61,345 nt of DNA from a virus (Duplodnaviria > Caudoviricetes). A program made the translations under genes and the position numbers. Position 1 is the first letter of the stretch. Every line of letters starts with the position of its first letter. The notes beneath the pieces were generated by a model. It was not told where the DNA came from, made no database searches, and worked only from the letters and a program-made list of their open reading frames with translations. Shown here piece after piece: positions 55,017 through 61,345 of this stretch. The stretch lies in the IMG/VR virus record IMGVR_UViG_3300036861_000887, positions 1 to 61,345 of that record. One strand, given 5' to 3'.

Positions 55017-57074
55017 ATGGCTGAGAACGGCAGTAGCTTGATTGTAGCGACGTCAACCGCCCTGCAGGAACATCAGCAGGTCGATACCGCCATCATTGAG
55101 AAAGCGCTGATGTATGGGGATGTGGCGAAGCTGGACCCTGCGCAGCGGGTGCAGTTCTACCGCGCCATCTGTGCCAGTGTCGGTCTTAACCCTTTAACAC
55201 AACCATTTACTTTTTTAAAGCGCCAGGATGGTACGCTGTGGCCCTACGCCAACGCCTCCTGTGGCGAGCAATTGCGGAAGCTACACCGAGTCAGCACGCG
55301 GATTGTCAAGCGGGAGCACGAGGACATCTTTGGGGAGCGCATCTACCGAGTGGAGGCAGAGGCCTCAACGCCGGATGGGCGCACCTATCCGACGCAAGCC
55401 GTCGTGCCCCTCATGAAGGCGAAGCTGGAGCCCACCGGACAGAAATGGCCCGATGGCAATCCGAAGATGCGAGAGAAGCGGGATGCCGAGGGCGAAGTCA
55501 TCATGGCGCCGTTGCGTGGCGTGGAGTTGGCCAACGCCCTTATGCGGGCCGACTGTGTGCCGCTGGAGAGCGAAATTCTGACGCGGAAGGGCTGGAAAAC
55601 CTACGACGCGGTGAAGATTGGTGACGAAGTACTCGCCTACGATTGCGCAGATGATACCTGCCACTGGACACCGCTGGAAAACATTACCGTCTTTCCAGAG
55701 GCACTGACGATGGTGTTTGGTACGGAACTCCATAGCTTTCGATGCACCCCTGACCACTCCTGGGCTATTCGTGCAGAGGGGTACAAGCAGCGTGGCGCGA
55801 CCGCGCGAGGGCCATATACCAATCGGCAAGCCTCTCGACGCTTAGAAAAAGCGCATGCAGTCAAGGCTGGGCACCGGGTGATACTGTCAGCACCCGCCGA
55901 AGAAGGCAGCAGCACTCTTACGCCGGCAGAAGCAGCAATTCTTGGCTGGGTGATGACTGATGGCACGATACAGCAGCGTAAAGCCTCCTTTCGAGTGGGT
56001 ATTTGCCAGAGCAAGGAAGAAAACTTTGAGGCGATTGAGACCGCCCTGACCGGTACAGGCTATGCCGTATCGAAGGTGGTAGGGAAGCCCACAACGCGAG
56101 ACTTTGGGACGTATGTCTCCGAGTGTAAGCCACAAGTCTGGTGGTATCTCTCCGCCCATGATTCCCGGGCCTTATTCGCAAAAGCGGGGATTGCAGGTCC
56201 TCAGGATTTATCCCGTGTCGTAACGCAACTCTCACGGGCAGCTCGTCAGGCAATGTTTGCCGCCATGATGGCTGCTGATGGAGACGCCCGGCTCAATTTC
56301 GGGAAGATACGGAAACCCGGAGTGATGGATGCGTGGCAAATTCTCGCTACGCTAGAAGGCTATGCCCTTGGAAAGCTCGCGACTGAGCGGAATGTCCCCA
56401 CCCAGCGAGCCAGGAAGCAGCGCTATATGGCAGGCAGTAACGTGGAACTACGCGAGGCCTTTGTTGAAGCGGTTTGGTGTCCTACGACAAAATACGGAAC
56501 ATGGGTGATGCGGCAGCACGGGAATGTCACCATTACCGGCAACACGAAAGCCTCCCGCCGGGCGACTATGGGGTTGATTGGATTGGGGTGGATGGATCAG
56601 GAGGAGTATGGGGCGTACAAGGTGGGCTTCAATCCGCAGACGGGGGACGTGATTGAGGGACATGCTGAGCCTGTGGTGCCGAAGCCTCTCGAAACGCCGT
56701 CACCGGAAAAAGCCCAGCGCAACATCGAAGAGATGTTTGGGGATCGCCAACCAGCGTATAATCCTCCCAGTACCGCGACCACAGCGCAGGGGACGGTGAA
56801 CACAGAGACAGGCGAGGTGCTGGACGGGGAGACGACAGCGGACACGCGAGAGCCCGCCACCCAGCAAGAGTGGCTGGATCGCTGCTATCGTCTCTGCCAC
56901 GAGCGCGGCATCCCCCAGTTCGATTTCCGAGAGGATGTGCAACGCTATTGGACAGCACCCCTAGGCGTGCTGCCAGCGCGCCAGTTGTCCGAGGTCGCAG
57001 AGTGGTTGTTGAGTGGCGAACTCCCGGCGCGGTTGCAGGTGGTGGGGAGCGAGGCAGGGGAGACACAGCCATGA
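55017..57074 (+). CDS. Putative single-strand annealing/recombination protein interrupted by an intein
   Basis: GDVAKLDPAQRVQFYRAICASVGLNPLTQPF and ANALMRAD|TKASRRAT (the M-K-A-E-T-K-A-x-R-R motif of phage SSAP-like proteins); low-complexity C-terminus. Confidence 0.7.
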   Translation: MAENGSSLIVATSTALQEHQQVDTAIIEKALMYGDVAKLDPAQRVQFYRAICASVGLNPLTQPFTFLKRQDGTLWPYANASCGEQLRKLHRVSTRIVKREHEDIFGERIYRVEAEASTPDGRTYPTQAVVPLMKAKLEPTGQKWPDGNPKMREKRDAEGEVIMAPLRGVELANALMRADCVPLESEILTRKGWKTYDAVKIGDEVLAYDCADDTCHWTPLENITVFPEALTMVFGTELHSFRCTPDHSWAIRAEGYKQRGATARGPYTNRQASRRLEKAHAVKAGHRVILSAPAEEGSSTLTPAEAAILGWVMTDGTIQQRKASFRVGICQSKEENFEAIETALTGTGYAVSKVVGKPTTRDFGTYVSECKPQVWWYLSAHDSRALFAKAGIAGPQDLSRVVTQLSRAARQAMFAAMMAADGDARLNFGKIRKPGVMDAWQILATLEGYALGKLATERNVPTQRARKQRYMAGSNVELREAFVEAVWCPTTKYGTWVMRQHGNVTITGNTKASRRATMGLIGLGWMDQEEYGAYKVGFNPQTGDVIEGHAEPVVPKPLETPSPEKAQRNIEEMFGDRQPAYNPPSTATTAQGTVNTETGEVLDGETTADTREPATQQEWLDRCYRLCHERGIPQFDFREDVQRYWTAPLGVLPARQLSEVAEWLLSGELPARLQVVGSEAGETQP
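55554..56543 (+). mobile_element. Intein with LAGLIDADG homing endonuclease (330 aa)
   Basis: Starts CVPLESEILTRKGW; block B CTPDHSW; AAILGWVMTDG and AAMMAADG motifs; ends VWCPTT...ITGN followed by Thr. Confidence 0.92.
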
Positions 57075-57425
57075 CCGATGACACCGGCACGGCGTTACTC
57101 TGCCCACAGTGTGGGCACCCCCGCGTCAGCGATGCGAGCGCCTACAACGCCGCAGTGGTGTGGGTGTGCCTGGGCTGTGGATGGCAGAAAGGGGAAATTG
57201 CAGAGGAGGAAACCGCTCCATGCCCCGAGGCATAATGCAGGATCTCGACCAATACCTCGCCGCTGTCCATTCTCATTTAGCCGCCTGCCAGGTCCACTGT
57301 GGCATCACGCACGACCGGGCAGTTGACTCGCCATTGTGGCATGAGGCGGTGGCAGCAACATTGGAGGACGTGCGGCGGACGTGGCAGGTTGTGCAACGAC
57401 TGGCAGGTGAGGAGAAAGACACGCG

Positions 57426-57863
57426 ATGACTCTACATCTCACCCCGGCCCAAGCACGCACGTTACAACTCGCCCCCTCGTCGCAGCGGAAGATCCCCGTG
57501 GCCCCAAAGGAGGAGCGCACATATCACGGAATCCTGTATGATTCCAAGGGGGAATCCGACTTCGCCGCGCAATGTGATCTCCGCAAGGCGGACGGGGAAT
57601 TGGTGGACTGGGCCTATCACCCACCTCCCTACGCGCTGGACATCCGTGGCTACGAGGTGGGCCGCTACACCATGGACTTTGCGCTGTATTACGCCGATGG
57701 ACGCAAAAAATTGATCGAAGTGAAAGGTGCGTATTGGACGCCACGGGACCGGCTGCGGTGGAAGGTGTTTCTGGCGTGCTGGCAGGACCAGTTGCGGGAG
57801 ATGGGGTGGACGATTACGCTGGTGCAGAAGCCGCAGACACCGAGGAGGAGACGCCATGTCTGA
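57426..57863 (+). CDS. DUF1064-like PD-(D/E)xK nuclease
   Basis: YHGILYDSKGE...YTMDF...IEVKG. Confidence 0.8.
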   Translation: MTLHLTPAQARTLQLAPSSQRKIPVAPKEERTYHGILYDSKGESDFAAQCDLRKADGELVDWAYHPPPYALDIRGYEVGRYTMDFALYYADGRKKLIEVKGAYWTPRDRLRWKVFLACWQDQLREMGWTITLVQKPQTPRRRRHV

Positions 57864-58507
57864 GCCCCAGTACTTACTCTATGAAAACTCCCAGGGGACC
57901 CACCTGGCCGAAATACAGATTGTCCGGGAAATTGCCCTGACCTGGCAGACAGAAGTGGATACGGCAGCCACTCTGGAGGCCGACGGCTATCAATGCCTCG
58001 GGGACCTGCTGCCAGAGACGGTCATTGTTGCGGAAGACTGCTGGTGGGGGGACTGGTCGGCAGAATTGTGGATCTACGCCACCGACTGGGCGCAGTGGCA
58101 GGCAGCAGCCCAGCAGAAAGGCACGGACCATGCCTGAGCCCCAGATGTTACGCGACTGGCTAGAGGCGCGGTACGTGCGTGCGGGTGGAGGGGTGTACCA
58201 AGTGTTGCTCACCTTGGAACGGCTCCACGCTCCCGCCTTAGACGCGCCAGTCCAAACCATCTGGCCTCCCGAGACGGAAGCCGCTGCGCGTGCCGCTGGC
58301 TGGCGTCCGGTGACTCTGTCGGCGCATCAGGTGGCGCTGCTGGCACAGGACCTGCGGGAGTGGAAGACTATGATAGATGCGTCCATAGAGTCTCCCGTAG
58401 ATCGTGGCGTCCATTGGGGACTGAAGCACTGTATAGACACCCTGAAATGGATTATTGGTCGTGACGTGATCCGCGACTGGATTGCCCGCGCGCCGACGAA
58501 GAAATAA
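57856..58507 (+). other. Two coupled hypothetical ORFs (57856-58137, 58130-58507)
   Basis: Both begin M(S/P)EPQ; RBS present; overlapping junctions. Confidence 0.55.
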
Positions 58508-58671
58508 GAAGGCCCCACCGGGGGAGAATGTGTGTACGTTTTGTCATAAGTCATTTCTGAGCGCTGACAGCGCGCACTCTACGCGCTAGCGCGCAAAGTG
58601 GTTTCATGACCTGGCGCTGCATGCAATTCTTTGAACACCCCCGGTGGGGAGATTTGAGTATAGAGGTTCCA

Positions 58672-59142
58672 ATGACCGATGACCCGCCCCTCACCGCACG
58701 CTACGTCGCCTTGGTGACGCGCTTGCGCCAGCCGATGCTGGCTTGGTGCGCGCGGCAGTGCCCGCAGGATGCCGAAGACGTGTACCAAACGGCGGTGCTG
58801 GCGGCCTGGGAAGGGTGGCCCCCTCGGCACCTGGATGCCGCCGAGGCCTGGCTGTGGAGCTACATGTATCACAAAGCCTTGCACGCCAGACGGTGGCATG
58901 CCCGGCGCCGGCGGGATGCGCACTTGCTCCGGCATCTGCCCGAATATACGCCCCGGCAGCAACCCATGAGTCGTCCGTTGGAAATCCGGGAGGCTTTTGC
59001 CGCCGTGGCCCCCTCCGCGCGGGAGATGGTGCTGCGGTATGCGATGGGGGAGAGCGTGCAGACCCTGGCCATGCAGGAGGGGCGGACGGTCAAGGCGGAA
59101 CAAAATCACTTGTCGCGGGCACGGCGGGTGTTGGCGCGATGA
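58672..59142 (+). CDS. ECF-type sigma factor
   Basis: DAEDVYQTAVLAAW...AWLWSYMYHKALHARR (region 2); AREMVLRYAMGESVQTLA...NHLSRARRVL (region 4). Confidence 0.8.
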   Translation: MTDDPPLTARYVALVTRLRQPMLAWCARQCPQDAEDVYQTAVLAAWEGWPPRHLDAAEAWLWSYMYHKALHARRWHARRRRDAHLLRHLPEYTPRQQPMSRPLEIREAFAAVAPSAREMVLRYAMGESVQTLAMQEGRTVKAEQNHLSRARRVLAR

Positions 59143-59153
59143 GAGGAGACGCA

Positions 59154-59441
59154 ATGCAGGTAGGGGTGTTCCTGAATATCACGGCCACTCTGCTACTGTT
59201 CTGGCTGGCGATGATACAGGGGGACCGGATTGCGCAGCAGCGCCAACGGCTCCTGACCATGGAATGGCAGCTGCGCGAGGTGGAACGGCGCACCATGGCC
59301 CCCCCCGTGTGTATCTTCAACAACACGCAGCAGACGAAAGCCTGTTACTACACGCTGGCTGAGGCCTTGCAGTCACTGGAGCAGGAGGGCTTACACATTT
59401 ATTCTGAGAAGGAGACACGCCATGCGACGCATCCTGAGTAG
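59154..59441 (+). CDS. Single-TM plus coiled-coil protein
   Basis: Hydrophobic N-terminal helix; GAGGAG RBS; follows the ECF sigma. Confidence 0.6.
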   Translation: MQVGVFLNITATLLLFWLAMIQGDRIAQQRQRLLTMEWQLREVERRTMAPPVCIFNNTQQTKACYYTLAEALQSLEQEGLHIYSEKETRHATHPE

Positions 59442-59943
59442 CGCCTTGCTCCTGCTGGGCCTGGTGGCGCCAAGCTGGGCAGGCGAACCCTTGCGCGTCA
59501 TTGATGGCGATACCGTCGCAAACTCCGTAGGACGTATGCGCCTGTACGGCATTGATGCGCCAGAGTGGTCGCCGACTGGCAAGCACCCGCAGCCATGGGG
59601 GAAGGAGTCCACAGCGTGTTTACAGGAGCTGCTCGACACCTACCCAAATAATCAAGGCATTACCGGACTGCAATTTGACTGCCGGACGAACCGCGAACTG
59701 GTACGGATCGCGCTGGAATATCTCACTGCATGTGCTGGAGTAGACGGCACTGGACGCTGTGTAGGGCATCTCGACGTGAGCACCGAGCTGGTGCGCCGAG
59801 GCTGTGCGCATTGGTATAGGGCTTACGCCACGCATGACGACGCCTTGCGCCAGGCTGAAGCGGAAGCACAGGCGGCGAAGCGCGGGCTGTGGGCACAGGA
59901 ACACATTGTGGCGCCATGGGACTGGCGAAGGGGACGGCGATGA
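59422..59943 (+). CDS. Secreted thermonuclease (SNase family)
   Basis: Signal peptide; RVIDGDT...MRLYGIDAPE...QPWGKES...DGTGRCVG...AKRGLW...PWDWR. Confidence 0.92.
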   Translation: MRRILSSALLLLGLVAPSWAGEPLRVIDGDTVANSVGRMRLYGIDAPEWSPTGKHPQPWGKESTACLQELLDTYPNNQGITGLQFDCRTNRELVRIALEYLTACAGVDGTGRCVGHLDVSTELVRRGCAHWYRAYATHDDALRQAEAEAQAAKRGLWAQEHIVAPWDWRRGRR

Positions 59944-60389
59944 CAAGACTGCTGACGACTGCCCTGCTCCTGCTGGGCCTGGTGGTGCCGGGGTGGGCAG
60001 GACTGACGTCGTGTGAACGGAATACCAGTGGCTATGTCATCTGTACAGATGACTTGCTCCTACCCTTCTTGCCCAATGGGAAGGTCGTCTCCAGCTGTGT
60101 GACACCGCCCTGTGACTCCTGGCGCCTTGTCCCGCTGGAGGAGCCCACACCACGCGCCTGCCCGACGTGGTACTTTGGGGAGTCGATCACCGTGAAAGTG
60201 GCCAATATCCTGGCACTCTCAACGGACTATACGGTGTGGGACACTCCAGACAAGGCATATCGCCTCTTTATCACGGTGCGGCATGTGGACCATACTATCG
60301 TGTCAACGTTACACTACCCCACCGCTGCCGCACGGGACACCGAATATGCCACGCTACAAGAGGCCCTGCGCTGCCAGGGGAAGGAGTAG
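59940..60389 (+). CDS. Secreted hypothetical protein
   Basis: MTRLLTTALLLLGLVVPGWA signal peptide; Cys pairs. Confidence 0.7.
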   Translation: MTRLLTTALLLLGLVVPGWAGLTSCERNTSGYVICTDDLLLPFLPNGKVVSSCVTPPCDSWRLVPLEEPTPRACPTWYFGESITVKVANILALSTDYTVWDTPDKAYRLFITVRHVDHTIVSTLHYPTAAARDTEYATLQEALRCQGKE

Positions 60390-60392
60390 CGT

Positions 60393-60602
60393 ATGTGGAT
60401 CCTCACCGACTATTGGCCCCACTGGCTCTTACTGGGCGTGCTCCTGGGCGGGTGTCTCGTGTGGCACCCGGAGGAGGCTCCACGCACGCACTGTTATTAT
60501 GAGAGCGACACGGGCACGCAGTGTTTTGCCACCGACGCGGAACGGGGGAAGGCCTTCGATGCCGCGATCACGCGCTACCAGGCGACCCGGTCACGCAAGT
60601 AG
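60393..60602 (+). CDS. Small membrane protein
   Basis: AAGGAG RBS; hydrophobic WLLLGVLLGGCLVW. Confidence 0.6.
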   Translation: MWILTDYWPHWLLLGVLLGGCLVWHPEEAPRTHCYYESDTGTQCFATDAERGKAFDAAITRYQATRSRK

Positions 60603-60605
60603 GGG

Positions 60606-60899
60606 CTAGCCCTTCCCGCCGGCCTCGGCCACCTTGCCCTTGTCCTCAATGGCCTGTACGTCGTCCAGGATCTTCTGCCGGTCGGTAAAGGAGGCCTCCT
60701 GGAGCGTTTTCATGGCCGGCTGGAGTTGCTGGGCCAAGCGGGTGCGTTTTTCCTGGCCCAGGCGAGCGCGGAGTTCCCCCAGCGCAGCATCGGTGAGCAC
60801 CTGGGGGTCCGCCGTCAGGTCGGCCAGGAGGAGGACGTCGTCGTCCGAGAGCATCAGGGCACTGCTGCCCGTCAAAAAGGTAATCGTAATCAGGGGCAT
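60606..60899 (-). CDS. Small helical protein after the tailspike (possible fibre chaperone)
   Basis: AAAGGAG RBS; last gene of the late strand. Confidence 0.55.
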   Translation of the reverse strand: MPLITITFLTGSSALMLSDDDVLLLADLTADPQVLTDAALGELRARLGQEKRTRLAQQLQPAMKTLQEASFTDRQKILDDVQAIEDKGKVAEAGGKG

Positions 60900-60909
60900 A
60901 TGTGCTCCT

Positions 60910-61345
60910 TTAAACCACAATGGGGAAGCTATTGGTAAAGTCTGCCGTGTTAAGCAACGCGCCAATGCCGTTGCTATTCATGTACGTCACCTTATACCCC
61001 AGGCGGGCATTGGTATGTTGCACCGCGTCGTGGGTGTTGAACTGGGTCAGCTTGAAACTGACGGTATACGGCCCGCTCCCCGCCACGGTAATGGTTGGCG
61101 TGACAATCAGCGCCGAATAGTCGGCGCCACTGTACGCCACAGCGGTCCGCAGCAACGTGGCCGCATCCGTAATGTCGAAGCCTCCCGCGACGCCAGTAAG
61201 CACTGTCCCGGCATTATTCAGGCAGGCGCTATACCGCACCTCCCCCCAGGCATCAAAGTTCTGCGGCCCAGGCCCCCGGTAGAGGTGGTAGTCAAAGGTC
61301 ACCGCAATACTATCGCCGTCACTCGTCAGGACGTACGTTGCTAGC
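60910..61345 (-). CDS. Probable C-terminal domain of the tailspike (enters from the right edge)
   Basis: Frame is open to the window edge (LATYVLTSDGDSIAVTFDYHLY...); beta-rich; same strand as the gene leaving at position 1. Confidence 0.65.
   Translation of the reverse strand, partial: LATYVLTSDGDSIAVTFDYHLYRGPGPQNFDAWGEVRYSACLNNAGTVLTGVAGGFDITDAATLLRTAVAYSGADYSALIVTPTITVAGSGPYTVSFKLTQFNTHDAVQHTNARLGYKVTYMNSNGIGALLNTADFTNSFPIVV

Noticed and set aside
1-61345. Diversity-generating retroelement, given the BPP-1-like structural module
   Set aside because: No reverse transcriptase motif (YxDD in an RT context) and no template/variable repeat pair differing at adenines was found by eye.
1-61345. 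tRNA, tmRNA or rRNA genes
   Set aside because: No cloverleaf with T-loop GTTCRA and matching acceptor stem was recognised; a tRNAscan/ARAGORN run would be needed to exclude them fully.

Overview
The window looks like an essentially complete, circularly opened genome of a GC-rich temperate podovirus. Both ends fall inside what appears to be one tailspike gene. The minus strand (about 35 kb down to 1, plus 61.3-60.6 kb) carries a long late arm: an HTH regulator, a ~10 kb block of signal-peptide and membrane proteins, TerS, a large terminase split into ATPase and nuclease genes, a T7/BPP-1-type portal, scaffold, capsid, adaptor, nozzle, ejection proteins and the tailspike. The rest holds a rightward early array of small genes behind a clear sigma70 promoter with operator. 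A leftward block encodes a Twinkle-like primase-helicase, a replication initiator with iterons, an HNH nuclease, a C5 methyltransferase, a tyrosine integrase and an excisionase-like gene. A rightward block encodes a BRO antirepressor, sigma factors, an intein-containing putative single-strand annealing protein and a secreted thermonuclease. The most unusual signals are: (1) the exported, Cys-rich adhesin/fibre-like gene block in the late arm, with no recognisable endolysin anywhere; (2) a membrane-anchored FixL-like PAS protein with no output domain in that block; (3) a prfB-type CTT-TGA-C +1 frameshift site just before the first catalytic Asp of the terminase nuclease; (4) a copy of the integrase N-terminal arm domain fused to a GIY-YIG nuclease next to the candidate attP; (5) repeated short duplications at gene junctions. 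All product calls come from motif recognition by eye; no database searches were run and the host cannot be determined from the sequence.
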